Shown: positions 25,913-36,148, numbered from the stretch's first letter. The stretch: DNA of 64,000 nucleotides from Spirochaetia bacterium (GCA_034003955.1 JAVEXO010000001.1:72756-136755), one strand, 5' to 3'. A program made the numbers and translations. Notes: a model not told the origin generated them from the letters alone.

Positions 25913-25943
25913 GAGCCATGGCTGGGCTTGAAAGGACACTGTA

Positions 25944-26741
25944 ATGAGACTGATTATTCGCGAGGATTACGACGCTGTTTCTGAATGGGCGGCTAATTAT
26001 GTAGCCAGGCGCATCATAGCCGCAGGGAAAGACTCTCGTTTCGTGCTTGGATTGCCGACAGGCTCCACCCCTTTGGGTCTATACCGGTGCCTCGTCGCCC
26101 TGTACAAGCGAGGAACGCTGTCGTTCAAGAACGTCGTCAGCTTCAATATGGACGAGTATGTGGGTCTGCCGGAAGACCATCCCGAGAGTTACCATAGTTT
26201 CATGCGACAGAATCTGTTCTCAAAGATAGACATAGCCCCCGGCAATACAAACATCCTCGACGGCAACGCGCCTGATCTGGACAAGGAGTGTGCCCGATAC
26301 GAGGCCGCCATAAAGGAATCAGGCGGTATAGACCTGTTCGTAGGCGGTGTTGGCGTGGACGGCCACATAGCCTTCAACGAACCCGGCTCGTCCCTGGGCT
26401 CAAGGACGCGTATAAAGACACTGACAAGCGACACCAGGGAGGTTAATGCACGGTTCTTTGGTGGTGACTCGCAGGCTGTGCCATCTACGGCTTTGACGGT
26501 AGGCGTTGGAACAATAATGGATGCCAGGGAAGTGCTTATCCTGGTGTCTGGAGCCAACAAGGCTCGCGCCTTACGGCACGCAGTAGAAGAAGGCGTCAAC
26601 CATCTGTGGACATTCTCATGTCTCCAGCTTCACCCCAGGCTTGTCGTCGTCTGCGACGAGAAGGCGACCAATGAGCTGATGGTAGGCACCGTACGTTACT
26701 TCAAGGAGATAGAGGCATCTAACTTCGACAACGCCATCTAG
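25944..26741 (+). CDS. nagB: glucosamine-6-phosphate deaminase
   Basis: [43 protein letters not shown]. Confidence 0.92.
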   Translation: MRLIIREDYDAVSEWAANYVARRIIAAGKDSRFVLGLPTGSTPLGLYRCLVALYKRGTLSFKNVVSFNMDEYVGLPEDHPESYHSFMRQNLFSKIDIAPGNTNILDGNAPDLDKECARYEAAIKESGGIDLFVGGVGVDGHIAFNEPGSSLGSRTRIKTLTSDTREVNARFFGGDSQAVPSTALTVGVGTIMDAREVLILVSGANKARALRHAVEEGVNHLWTFSCLQLHPRLVVVCDEKATNELMVGTVRYFKEIEASNFDNAI

Positions 26742-26746
26742 TGCCT

Positions 26747-26775
26747 TTGGATTGCGTCCCATGGCTCACTAGACT
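26747..26775 (+). promoter_or_regulatory. sigma-70-like promoter candidate for glgP (TTGGAT-N17-TAGACT)
   Basis: TTGGAT at 26747-26752 and TAGACT at 26770-26775, 61 nt upstream of ATG 26836. The -10 context CATGGCTCACTAGACT resembles the cheR promoter. Confidence 0.35.
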
Positions 26776-26835
26776 ATGATCGATGCATGCACGCCGTTTG
26801 GCGACGATGCAATCCTACAAAGTTGGTGGTGAGCC

Positions 26836-29373
26836 ATGAAGATTATTACCCATACCATAAAGCCCAAGATACCCGAGGCACTCGCTCCTCTCGACGAGAT
26901 GGCGCACAACCTATGGATTTCCTGGAATTTCGACGCAATCATGCTCTTTATACGGCTTGATTATGATGTTTGGAGCCAGTCAAGGCAGAATCCCGCCAAG
27001 ATGCTTGGCATGGTGCCACAGGCTCGTTTCGATGCCGCCGCCGCCGACGACTCCTACCTCGCCGCCCTCCGCGAGGTGTACACAGATTTCCAGGCCTACA
27101 AGAACGGGCAGCCATGGTTCAAGGGTGATCATAAGGACTCGATTGCGTATTTCTCCATGGAGTATGGCATGGACTCGTCCCTGCCAATCTATTCCGGTGG
27201 CCTTGGCATACTGTCTGGCGATCACATGAAGACGAGTTCTGACATGGGGCTACCCTTGGTCGGTGTGGGGCTCTTGTACCGGCAGGGTTACTTCATACAG
27301 CAATTGAATGCTGATGGTTTTCAGCAGGAAGAGTACCCTGAAAATGACTGGTACAACATGCCCGTCAGCCTCTGCGAGACAGACAAGGGTGAGCCCGTGA
27401 GGATATCCGTGGAGATGGCGGGTGAGACAATCGTGGCCCAGGTCTGGGTGGCCATGGTCGGCCGTTCGTCGCTCTACCTCCTCGATACCAATATTGAAGA
27501 GAACATACCACAGAACAGGACAATAACGGCCACGCTCTATGGTGGTGACAAGGAAACGCGCATACGTCAGGAGATCCTTTTAGGCATTGGCGGCATCCGC
27601 GCCCTCAGGGCTGTAGGCATCAATCCGGCGGTGGCCCACATGAACGAGGGCCATGCGGCCTTCCTGGGTCTGGAACGCATCCATGAGATAATCCAAGAGA
27701 AGGGCTTGTCCTTTCCACAGGCTGCTCAGGCGCTCTGGGGAACCAATATATTCACCACCCATACCCCGGTGCCCGCCGGCAACGAACGCTTCAGCATCGA
27801 ACTGATGGAAAAGTATTTCCGTGGATGGATTAGCCAGCTTGGTCTGGACTGGAAGGCCTTCCTGGCACTGGGTCGGGAGCGACCTGACGATGACGCCGAG
27901 CCGTTCTGCATGACTGTCTTGGCTCTCAAGTTATCTGCTTACGCCAACGGCGTCTCTGAGCTGCATGGTCATGTGTCACGTGACATGTGGAAGGCCATCT
28001 GGCCTGGTCTGCCCTCCAGCGAGGTGCCCATAGGCCACGTGACCAATGGCGTGCATCCCCGCACCTGGATACCCTACACCCTGCTCGAGGTGCTCAACCG
28101 CTACTTTGGGCCTCACTTTCAAGAGGATCCTACAGACCTTTCCTCCTGGGATCGTATAGACCGCATAAGCGACGACGAACTATGGCGTACCCATGAGCGT
28201 CGCCGCGAGCGCCTCGTAGCGTTTGCGCGCGACAGGCTCAAGAAGGGCATGCGACGCATTGGTATATCGGAGAGTGGCCTGGCCAGGGCAGACGACGCCT
28301 TGTCACCTGCTACATTGACCATCAGCTTTGCCCGCCGCTTCGCTACCTACAAGCGGGGTAATCTGCTTTTGTCTGACCCTGACAGGCTTATCCGCCTCTT
28401 GTCTGACAAGGACAGGCCAATACAGATAATCTTTGCAGGCAAGGCCCATCCTCACGACATGCCGGGTAAGGAGATAATAAAGGAGCTCGTCCACTTCTCC
28501 CGCCGTGACGATGTGGCGGGAAGGATAGTCTTCCTCGAGGACTACGACATGACGATGGCACGCTACATGACCAGTGGCTCAGACGTGTGGCTCAATACGC
28601 CACGCAGGCCCTTGGAGGCATCGGGCACCAGCGGTATGAAGGCCGGTATGAATGGCGTTCTCAATTGCTCGGTGCTCGACGGCTGGTGGGCCGAGGGTTA
28701 TGCCCCCGAGTGTGGCTGGGCCATAGGCAAGGGCGAGGAGTATACCGATACAGAGCTGCAGGACGAGATAGAGTCAAAGGCGCTCTATGACCTGCTCGAG
28801 CGGGAGATAATACCAACCTTCTATGAGCGAGGCCGTGATGGCCTGCCCAGGGAGTGGATAAAGATGATGAAATGCTCCATACGCAATACGGGCAAGAACT
28901 TTAGCTTCCACCGTACGCTTATGGAGTATTCAGAGCATTACTACCAGCCGGCATTGGAGAATGCCCGTCTCCTTGCGACAGAGGGCTACGATCTTGCCAA
29001 GGCTACGGCCGATTTTATAGACAAGGCTAGAGCGGCCTGGCCTACAGTCTCCGTGGAAGACATATACTCGACGGCCAAGCCTGTCATGGAGCGGGGTGAT
29101 ACCGTACGCGTAGAGGCCAGGATAAAGCTTGGTTCATTGACCCCTGAACAGGTACGTGTCGAGCTGTATCACGGACCCGTCTCAAGCACCGGCGATATTC
29201 ATGACGCCAAACGTGTCGAGATGAAGGCTGGCGTCTCTCAGGGTGGAGCCTACAGCTATCTTGTGAATGTTACCTGCGAGGCTACCGGACAGCATGGCTA
29301 TTCTGTACGGGTACTGCCGCGCCATGAAGGCCTCGTCCACCCCTTCGTACCCGGACTGGTTCGCTGGGCCTAG
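26836..29373 (+). CDS. glgP: alpha-glucan (glycogen/maltodextrin) phosphorylase, GT35 alpha-glucan family
   Basis: 845 aa. PLP-Lys region EASGTSGMKAGMNGVLN. GGLGILSGDH near the N-terminus. Confidence 0.88.
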   Translation: MKIITHTIKPKIPEALAPLDEMAHNLWISWNFDAIMLFIRLDYDVWSQSRQNPAKMLGMVPQARFDAAAADDSYLAALREVYTDFQAYKNGQPWFKGDHKDSIAYFSMEYGMDSSLPIYSGGLGILSGDHMKTSSDMGLPLVGVGLLYRQGYFIQQLNADGFQQEEYPENDWYNMPVSLCETDKGEPVRISVEMAGETIVAQVWVAMVGRSSLYLLDTNIEENIPQNRTITATLYGGDKETRIRQEILLGIGGIRALRAVGINPAVAHMNEGHAAFLGLERIHEIIQEKGLSFPQAAQALWGTNIFTTHTPVPAGNERFSIELMEKYFRGWISQLGLDWKAFLALGRERPDDDAEPFCMTVLALKLSAYANGVSELHGHVSRDMWKAIWPGLPSSEVPIGHVTNGVHPRTWIPYTLLEVLNRYFGPHFQEDPTDLSSWDRIDRISDDELWRTHERRRERLVAFARDRLKKGMRRIGISESGLARADDALSPATLTISFARRFATYKRGNLLLSDPDRLIRLLSDKDRPIQIIFAGKAHPHDMPGKEIIKELVHFSRRDDVAGRIVFLEDYDMTMARYMTSGSDVWLNTPRRPLEASGTSGMKAGMNGVLNCSVLDGWWAEGYAPECGWAIGKGEEYTDTELQDEIESKALYDLLEREIIPTFYERGRDGLPREWIKMMKCSIRNTGKNFSFHRTLMEYSEHYYQPALENARLLATEGYDLAKATADFIDKARAAWPTVSVEDIYSTAKPVMERGDTVRVEARIKLGSLTPEQVRVELYHGPVSSTGDIHDAKRVEMKAGVSQGGAYSYLVNVTCEATGQHGYSVRVLPRHEGLVHPFVPGLVRWA

Positions 29374-29383
29374 TCGCTGCAGG

Positions 29384-31285
29384 GTGGAAATAACCTCATC
29401 GCGGGCCCATGAACAGGCCCGCCCTTTGATAGCATCCCCATGGAAGAACCTGGTCGATGCGGATATTCCCTTGCCCGAGTATCCCCGGCCCGAGCTGTCC
29501 AGGCCTGACTGGCTCTGCCTCAATGGCTCGTGGGACTACGCCATACGACCATCGGCATCCAAGCCTATGAGCATGGACTCGCTAGTGGCAGAACGAGTGC
29601 CGGATCGATGGGACGGGACCATACTCGTGCCCTTCGCCGTGGAGTGCGCCCTCTCTGGAGTCGGTATGGCTCTCCAGCCGGAACAGACGCTGTGGTACCG
29701 CAGACGGGTGGTCGTTCCCGCCGATTGGTCTGGCCGGCGCCTGATGCTGCGCTTCGAGGCGGTGGATTACCTGAGCGCTGTGTATGTAGACGGTGTGCTT
29801 GTCGGGACTCATCGTGGTGGCTATCTGCCCTTCGCCTTCGAGTTGCCACCGACACTGGGGGGCGTCCAGGAACGTGAGATTGTCGTGGCCGTCCGAGACC
29901 CGAGCGATGCCGGGTTTCAGCAGCGTGGTAAACAAGCCCTCAATCCTGCCGGTATTCTATACACGGCGACGAGCGGTATATGGCAGAGCGTCTGGCTCGA
30001 GCCGCTCCCTCGGGGCAACGCCATTCTTGAGATGCGGGTTGATTCGCTTGGGGAGAGCCCCGGCGTATCGATTACCGTTTGCACCGAGCATCAGGCACCT
30101 TTTTCTCTGTCTGTTACCCTCCCGGATGGTGACGATCTAGAACTGTGTGGCGTCTCGGGCCGGCCCATAGAGGTGCTCCCCCCAAGGCCCCGCCTCTGGA
30201 GCCCAGACGATCCCTACCTCTACCGAGTGTGCATTTCCGTTATGGCGGATGGTACACAGGCCGTTGTAGATTCCGCACTATCATACTTTGCGATACGCTC
30301 TGTGGAGCTTGGTCCGATCCCCGGGGCTCCAATCGCTACCATGACCGCTATTCTACTCAATGGTGTACCCGTGTTTGTGCATGCGCCTCTCGATCAAGGC
30401 TACTGGCCGGAGAGTGGTATGACGCCGCCGACCGATGAAGCCCTCATCTTCGATATAGAGGCTATGCGTGACCTGGGCTTCAATGGCCTGCGTAAGCATG
30501 TGAAGATTGAGTCGCGTCGTTTCTATTGGCATGCCGACCGCTTGGGCATGCTGGTGATACAGGACGCAGTCTCCGGCGGTCGCAACAGGGCCGCGGGTTA
30601 CCTGAAGGTGGCGGCCGCCATGATGCTCGGAATACACCGAGGCGATTCATCACGGCGCGACCTGCGGCTGGCCGGCCGACACCATGCTGCCAATCGCGAA
30701 GAATTCGAGTCTGACCTGACCGGTATGGTAGAACACCTCCACAACCATCCTTGCATCATCATGTGGACGCTGTTCAACGAATCATGGGGACAGTTTGAAT
30801 CGCTCCGCTTGAGTAAAGTCTTAAGGAGGCTCGATTCATCGAGGCTCATCGACACCGTTTCAGGCTGGCACGACCAGGGAGCCGGAGACTTCCGCAGCCG
30901 CCATACCTATATGGTCGCCCTGCGCCGCCCGCCGAGAGGCGATGGCCGCCCCTACTTCATCTCGGAGTACGGCGGGTACAATCTGGCGATCCCTGGCCAC
31001 ATGTGGGACGACGAAGCACGTTTTGGCTACAAATTCTATGACGACGAAACGGGGCTACGCGAAGGCTATGCTGACTTGATCAAGAAACAGCTCATACCTC
31101 TCGTTCGCAATGGCCTCCGGGCGGCTGTCTACACCCAGGTCTCCGACGTAGAGATAGAGAGTAACGGTTTCTACACTTACGACCGGAAGGTGCTCAAGAT
31201 AGACGCCGGGGCCGTGCGTATGCTAAACCGGGAGCTGTATGACGCATTCAGGTGGCTGTCTGATACTACGGATGGCCCCTCTTAG
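29384..31285 (+). CDS. glycoside hydrolase family 2 protein (specificity unknown)
   Basis: ORF track gives 29267..31285, which overlaps glgP. The first in-frame start after the glgP stop is GTG 29384. Motifs: LPEYPRPELSRPDWLCLNGSWDYAI, LRFEAVDYLSAVYVDG, IIMWTLFNESWG. Confidence 0.75.
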   Translation: MEITSSRAHEQARPLIASPWKNLVDADIPLPEYPRPELSRPDWLCLNGSWDYAIRPSASKPMSMDSLVAERVPDRWDGTILVPFAVECALSGVGMALQPEQTLWYRRRVVVPADWSGRRLMLRFEAVDYLSAVYVDGVLVGTHRGGYLPFAFELPPTLGGVQEREIVVAVRDPSDAGFQQRGKQALNPAGILYTATSGIWQSVWLEPLPRGNAILEMRVDSLGESPGVSITVCTEHQAPFSLSVTLPDGDDLELCGVSGRPIEVLPPRPRLWSPDDPYLYRVCISVMADGTQAVVDSALSYFAIRSVELGPIPGAPIATMTAILLNGVPVFVHAPLDQGYWPESGMTPPTDEALIFDIEAMRDLGFNGLRKHVKIESRRFYWHADRLGMLVIQDAVSGGRNRAAGYLKVAAAMMLGIHRGDSSRRDLRLAGRHHAANREEFESDLTGMVEHLHNHPCIIMWTLFNESWGQFESLRLSKVLRRLDSSRLIDTVSGWHDQGAGDFRSRHTYMVALRRPPRGDGRPYFISEYGGYNLAIPGHMWDDEARFGYKFYDDETGLREGYADLIKKQLIPLVRNGLRAAVYTQVSDVEIESNGFYTYDRKVLKIDAGAVRMLNRELYDAFRWLSDTTDGPS

Positions 31286-31330
31286 TATAGACGGCTAGTG
31301 GTCAATACAAAGGCCGCTACCCCTGGCGGG

Positions 31331-32506
31331 TCAAGCCGTTACAGAGGCAAATTCGTCCAGAAATGTGCCTGCCCCTATTGCTACGAAGCCACCGGGTAGG
31401 GCTCGCTCACCCTCGTCTGGAACGACGATGAAGCGTGCCTGGCAGTCGCCGGCCAGAGCCTTGGCCGCATAGGAAATGGATCGTTCCACGGATACCGGCC
31501 TGTGCCGTCTGGCTGCGGCGAGCATAATGGGAACACCGTTCCTGATGACGACAAGGTCGAGCTCGGCACCATCCGCGCTGGCGAAACGGTGGAGGCTTGC
31601 CCCTGGTGGCACGAGGCCGAGGGCTTGCCCGACGACAAATCCAGTCCATGAACGCGCCGCTGCACCGGGCCTCTGGGTCAGCTCGTCGGCTGAGTGTATG
31701 CCAAGCAGGGTGTGTAGGAGGCCTGAGTCGCGGATATAGAGAGCATTTGACCTGACGACTCTGGCTCCGTGCCGTATCCCGGCCAGGCCGGCTTCTCCGA
31801 TGGCGGGTACCGACATGACGATGCCGGCCCTCTTGAGCATGTCGATATACCGTACTATGGTGGGACGCGATACACCCAGGGCGCGGGCCTCGGCGTTGGC
31901 GTTGAAGGCCTTGCCATTATTGGCCGCGATGGCTTGCAGGAGGCCCGCTATCAGCGCAGGCTCCCGCGGCAGACCCCAGGCACCCAGGGCACCATAGGCC
32001 AAGTCTGCGGCGTATCCTTCCAGCCAGGTAAAGGCTTCCTCGTCAGCAGTAGTGCAGAACGACTCAGGGTAGCCACCGCGCAACCAGCGTTTCTTTATTG
32101 AGGCACGACCAACCTCGAAGAGGCTCAAGGGGCCGAGCTCGATGGCGGGCTGGGAGAACGGCCCTCCGGCAAGCACGAAGCGCGGTCTCTGGATGGCCTT
32201 CGACAGAAAAGTCCCGCTGGGTCCATGCCTCCCCGAGAGTCTTGCGAGCAGCATCTCGGCGTCGGCGGCACAAGCATGCTCCAGGAGTATTGGCCTGACG
32301 GCTGAGGCTCGTTCTGGATGGGCAAGCATGGCTCTGCCTTCTCGTCCGCGGGCGTCTAGTATCGTGCCTCCTGATGGTAACCCTGTTGCCAGGAGACGGA
32401 GTACGGTGGATAGCCCGCATCGTGGGGGCCCCTGCACGAGAACCACCTGGTTTTTAGACATGGAAGAACCCATGGTTCTTATTATAGTGCGATGAATTAA
32501 GGCCAT
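31331..32506 (-). CDS. AAA+-like ATPase with a DUF4143-type winged-helix C-terminus; Walker A degenerate; start uncertain (32461 possible)
   Basis: VLVQGPPRCGLSTVLRL, where the P-loop Lys is replaced by Leu. ...NANAEARALGVSRPTIVRYIDMLKRAGIV (wHTH). Confidence 0.6.
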   Translation of the reverse strand: MALIHRTIIRTMGSSMSKNQVVLVQGPPRCGLSTVLRLLATGLPSGGTILDARGREGRAMLAHPERASAVRPILLEHACAADAEMLLARLSGRHGPSGTFLSKAIQRPRFVLAGGPFSQPAIELGPLSLFEVGRASIKKRWLRGGYPESFCTTADEEAFTWLEGYAADLAYGALGAWGLPREPALIAGLLQAIAANNGKAFNANAEARALGVSRPTIVRYIDMLKRAGIVMSVPAIGEAGLAGIRHGARVVRSNALYIRDSGLLHTLLGIHSADELTQRPGAAARSWTGFVVGQALGLVPPGASLHRFASADGAELDLVVIRNGVPIMLAAARRHRPVSVERSISYAAKALAGDCQARFIVVPDEGERALPGGFVAIGAGTFLDEFASVTA

Positions 32507-32617
32507 AATTTAAAATTATACTGTTTAAAATACGGTAATAAAAGTGCCAGGACACAAGAACCATGGCTTTGCTCGCCTGTGATTAGCTGTATACTAGTAG
32601 TGTTTAAGGGGGCATAG

Positions 32618-34057
32618 GTGAAAACAGGATCAAAACGGTTTGATGTCTGCATCATAGGAGCCGGCGTCTGCGGCGCCAATATAGCGCGTCGCCTGTCAGC
32701 CTACGAGCTCGATGTTGTCCTGGTAGACAAGGAAGCAGACGTCTCATTCGGCACCTCCAAGGCTAATTCCGGCATAGTCCATGGCGGCTTCCATCATAAC
32801 AAGAAGCACCTCAAGGCCAGGCTGGAGCTGCAGGGCGCGATGATGTTCGACCGCCTACAGCAGGAGCTTGACTTCCCGTTCAGGCGCTGCGGCATAGTCG
32901 TGGCGGCCATGCACGAGGATGAGATGCGGGCTATTGAGCAGCTGTACATGCAAGGCGTAGACAACGGCGTCATAGGCATAGAGATGTGCTCCCGAGAACG
33001 CATGCTTGAACTGGAACCAAAGCTTAATCCCGATACCTTAGGGGGCCTGTGGGTCCCTGGCGGTGGCATCATAGAGCCGTACCGCTTCGTCTTTGCCCTC
33101 GTGGAGAGTGCGCAGAAAAACGGGGTGGAGATACTCACCGGGTTCAAGGTTGAACACGCCGTTCGCGCGGGCGACGAGTGGACGGTGAGGGCCGCCGACG
33201 GGCGCTCCGTGAAGGCACGCTATGTTGTTAACGCCGGTGGGCTCTACGCCGACGACGTCTCCAGGGTATTTGGCGCAGAGGACTTCGAGATAAAGCCTAG
33301 AAAGGGCGAATACTACCTCCTCGACCGCCTTACCAAGGCCAGGCCCGATCGCGTCATCTTCCCCGTGCCTACGAGCGTCTCCAAGGGCATGCTCGTCATT
33401 CCTACGGTGGAAGGTACCGTCCTCATAGGTCCTACCGCCGAGGCCATAGACGACAAGGCTAATCTAGCTACTACCCGTGACCAGCTCGAGAAAATTCTGT
33501 CTTCTGCGCGGACCATGGTGCCTTCGATTTCTGAGTACGATGTCATAACGAGCTTCGCAGGCCTCCGCCCGACGCTCGACGAGGACTTCTACATAGCTCC
33601 CTCGGCCAAGGTTCCGGCGTTTATACAGGTAGCCGGCATCCAGTCTCCCGGCCTCACGGCGAGCCCGGCAATAGGGGAGTACGTCAAGGATCTCCTCAAG
33701 AAGGAGGGCTTAAGGCTGTCAGAGAAGCCTGATTATGATCCATTCGTCGGCAAGCGACCCCACGTCAAGGATCTGACGCCCTTTGAGGTAGACGAGCTGG
33801 CCAAGGCCGACCCGAGCTATGCCAACATGGTCTGCCGCTGTGAGAAGGTCTCGGAGGCGGAGATAGTCGCGGCTATCAAGGCCGGGCATACCACGCTCGA
33901 TGGTATCAAGTACTTTACCCGCGCTCAGATGGGTCGCTGCCAGGGCGGTTTCTGTACCTACAAGATACTACAGATAATAATGCGAGAGACAGGACTCTCG
34001 TGGGACGCAATTACCAAGAATGGTGGCCACAGCCACATACTCAAGGACGCGTTATGA
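32618..34057 (+). CDS. FAD-dependent glycerol-3-phosphate dehydrogenase-like oxidoreductase with a C-terminal BFD-like [2Fe-2S] domain
   Basis: GTG start with AAGGGGG SD. IIGAGVCGANIA. C-terminal CRCEKVSEAEIVAAI...GRCQGGFC. Confidence 0.75.
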   Translation: MKTGSKRFDVCIIGAGVCGANIARRLSAYELDVVLVDKEADVSFGTSKANSGIVHGGFHHNKKHLKARLELQGAMMFDRLQQELDFPFRRCGIVVAAMHEDEMRAIEQLYMQGVDNGVIGIEMCSRERMLELEPKLNPDTLGGLWVPGGGIIEPYRFVFALVESAQKNGVEILTGFKVEHAVRAGDEWTVRAADGRSVKARYVVNAGGLYADDVSRVFGAEDFEIKPRKGEYYLLDRLTKARPDRVIFPVPTSVSKGMLVIPTVEGTVLIGPTAEAIDDKANLATTRDQLEKILSSARTMVPSISEYDVITSFAGLRPTLDEDFYIAPSAKVPAFIQVAGIQSPGLTASPAIGEYVKDLLKKEGLRLSEKPDYDPFVGKRPHVKDLTPFEVDELAKADPSYANMVCRCEKVSEAEIVAAIKAGHTTLDGIKYFTRAQMGRCQGGFCTYKILQIIMRETGLSWDAITKNGGHSHILKDAL

Positions 34058-35310
34058 AAGAGCTTAGCTTTGACTCGGTAGTCATAGGCGGAGGGGCTGC
34101 TGGCATGGCCGCCGCCCTGGAGCTGGATAAGGCAGGTTTCTCCTGCGCCATCGTGGAGAGGGAAGAGTCTTTAGGCGGTATCCTCACCCAGTGCATCCAT
34201 AACGGCTTTGGCCTCATTGAGTTCAACGAGGAGCTGTCTGGCCCCGAGTTTGCCGAGAAGATAGAGGAGCGTTTAGCCGGTACCGGCATCAGGTCATTTA
34301 CCGGCGCTACGGTTATGGAAATGGACGTCTCAGGAGAGCTAAAGAGCCTGTACTGCTATTCAGGCATGCATGGCGTCATACGGATAAGCTCCCGGGCCGT
34401 GGTGCTGGCCATGGGCTGCAGGGAGCGCAACCGAGGCAACATCCGCATCCCCGGTGACAGACCCGCCGGTGTCTACACGGCCGGGCTCGCCCAACGCCTT
34501 GTAAACATAGAAGGCCTCGTGCCGGGCAAGGATATAGTCATCATAGGCTCTGGAGACATAGGGCTGATCATGGCACGCCGCATGAGCTGGGTGGGCTGCA
34601 AGGTCCATGCCGTCGTGGAGATACTGCCCTACCCCTCGGGTCTGACGCGCAACATAGTCCAGTGCCTCCACGACTTTGGCATACCGCTGTACCTGTCTCA
34701 CCTCACGACAAACATCATAGGCAAGGACAGGGTCGAGGGCGTGGAAATAACACCGATAGAGAATGGTGCCATGCAGCACGACAAGGCCTTTACCATTCCC
34801 TGCGATACCGTTCTTCTGTCTGTAGGCCTCGTGCCAGAGAACGAGCTTTCAAAGATGGCCGGCGTCGAGCTCAATGCCATGACCAATGGGCCCAATGTCG
34901 ACTCCATGCTTATGACAAACGTTCCTGGCGTCTTTGCCTGCGGTAACGTCCTGCACGTGCATGACCTGGTAGACTACGTGGTGGAGGAGGCCCGCCGTGC
35001 AGGTGCCCACACGGCCCGCTGGCTCAAGGGAGAAAGGCCCAAGGCAGAGGCCAGGGTAAAGGCAGGCTCCAACGTCCGCTACTCGGCCCCTGGCCGCGTC
35101 GACATACACGCCGTAAACAAGCTGTACTTAAGGACGCTCATAGTCAAGAATGATGCGACCCTTGAGGTAAAGGTGAATAACAGGGTCGTCAAGAGCGTCA
35201 AGAAGAATCATATCCAGCCCTCGGAGATGATAGCCCTGGAATTGGGCCCTAAGGATCTGGAGACGGCATCTGGCTCCCCCGAGCCTGTCGTTGAGATTTT
35301 AATCACCTGA
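34054..35310 (+). CDS. FAD/NAD(P)-binding pyridine nucleotide-disulfide oxidoreductase family protein
   Basis: ATGA overlap with the upstream gene. VVIGGGAAGMAAA and IIGSGDIGLIMA (two Rossmann motifs). FACGNVLHVHDLVD. Confidence 0.75.
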   Translation: MKELSFDSVVIGGGAAGMAAALELDKAGFSCAIVEREESLGGILTQCIHNGFGLIEFNEELSGPEFAEKIEERLAGTGIRSFTGATVMEMDVSGELKSLYCYSGMHGVIRISSRAVVLAMGCRERNRGNIRIPGDRPAGVYTAGLAQRLVNIEGLVPGKDIVIIGSGDIGLIMARRMSWVGCKVHAVVEILPYPSGLTRNIVQCLHDFGIPLYLSHLTTNIIGKDRVEGVEITPIENGAMQHDKAFTIPCDTVLLSVGLVPENELSKMAGVELNAMTNGPNVDSMLMTNVPGVFACGNVLHVHDLVDYVVEEARRAGAHTARWLKGERPKAEARVKAGSNVRYSAPGRVDIHAVNKLYLRTLIVKNDATLEVKVNNRVVKSVKKNHIQPSEMIALELGPKDLETASGSPEPVVEILIT

Positions 35311-35335
35311 TGGCTACTCGGGATCTAAGGAGACT

Positions 35336-35719
35336 TTGATGAGCGAAGAACTTATATGCATAACCTGCCCCCTGGGCTGCCATCTTTCTATAGACAAGCA
35401 GGATGATGGCAGCCTGGCCGTGACGGGTAATCGCTGCCCGCGTGGCGTGAAATACGCCAACGAGGAACTTCTGGCGCCTAAGCGCGTCGTCAGCGCCACC
35501 GCTTCTATAGCACTGGCAGCCGACTCTGCCCACGCTATCGGCGAGATATCCCGGCTGCCGGTGCGTAGCACGGGCGCCTACCCCAAGGCGGATGTGCCCG
35601 AGCTTCTAGAAGCCATCTACAAGCTCAAGGTGGGCTTGCCTGTCAAGCGCGGCGACGTTCTCATACACGACTTTAAGGGCAGCGGTGTCGATGTCATAGC
35701 GACGAGGAGCCTCGGGTAA
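35336..35719 (+). CDS. DUF1667-type Cys-rich protein
   Basis: CITCPLGCHL...GNRCPRGVKYA pattern. It is the third gene of the trio. Confidence 0.7.
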   Translation: MMSEELICITCPLGCHLSIDKQDDGSLAVTGNRCPRGVKYANEELLAPKRVVSATASIALAADSAHAIGEISRLPVRSTGAYPKADVPELLEAIYKLKVGLPVKRGDVLIHDFKGSGVDVIATRSLG

Positions 35720-35785
35720 AAAACGCAACCGTAGACTACTTTACCTGTCTAAATACATGCGTCTCATTGGAGACGCCTCATTACA

Positions 35786-36148
35786 ATGAACAGCGTGGAG
35801 CTTTTAATGGAAAATGGCATAACGGCGGCTTCAAAGGTGATCATCTCGGTAATACCAATAGTCGGTATCGTCATGGGCGCCGTTGTCGTCTTCTTTTATA
35901 TCCTGTGGAATCATCGGGAAAAGATGCTGATGATAGAGAAAGGCTCGTACTCACCGGGGCCATTCGATCTGTATACCTTTAGTCTCCTGTCTGGAATACT
36001 CCTTGTCGCGGTGGGTCTTACCTTGACGACCGTGTTCATCGTCGCAGCCTCGACAGGATATACCCTGCTAGGCGGCCTCATCCCGCTGTCTGTTGGCGTA
36101 GGCTTCCTGGCTTTCTATACGCTAGGCGCCAAACACCGCTCTGCATGA
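35786..36148 (+). CDS. small 3-TM membrane protein, first gene of the ECF operon
   Basis: 120 aa. REKMLMIEKGSY loop between hydrophobic spans. ATGA overlap with the sigma gene. Confidence 0.55.
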   Translation: MNSVELLMENGITAASKVIISVIPIVGIVMGAVVVFFYILWNHREKMLMIEKGSYSPGPFDLYTFSLLSGILLVAVGLTLTTVFIVAASTGYTLLGGLIPLSVGVGFLAFYTLGAKHRSA

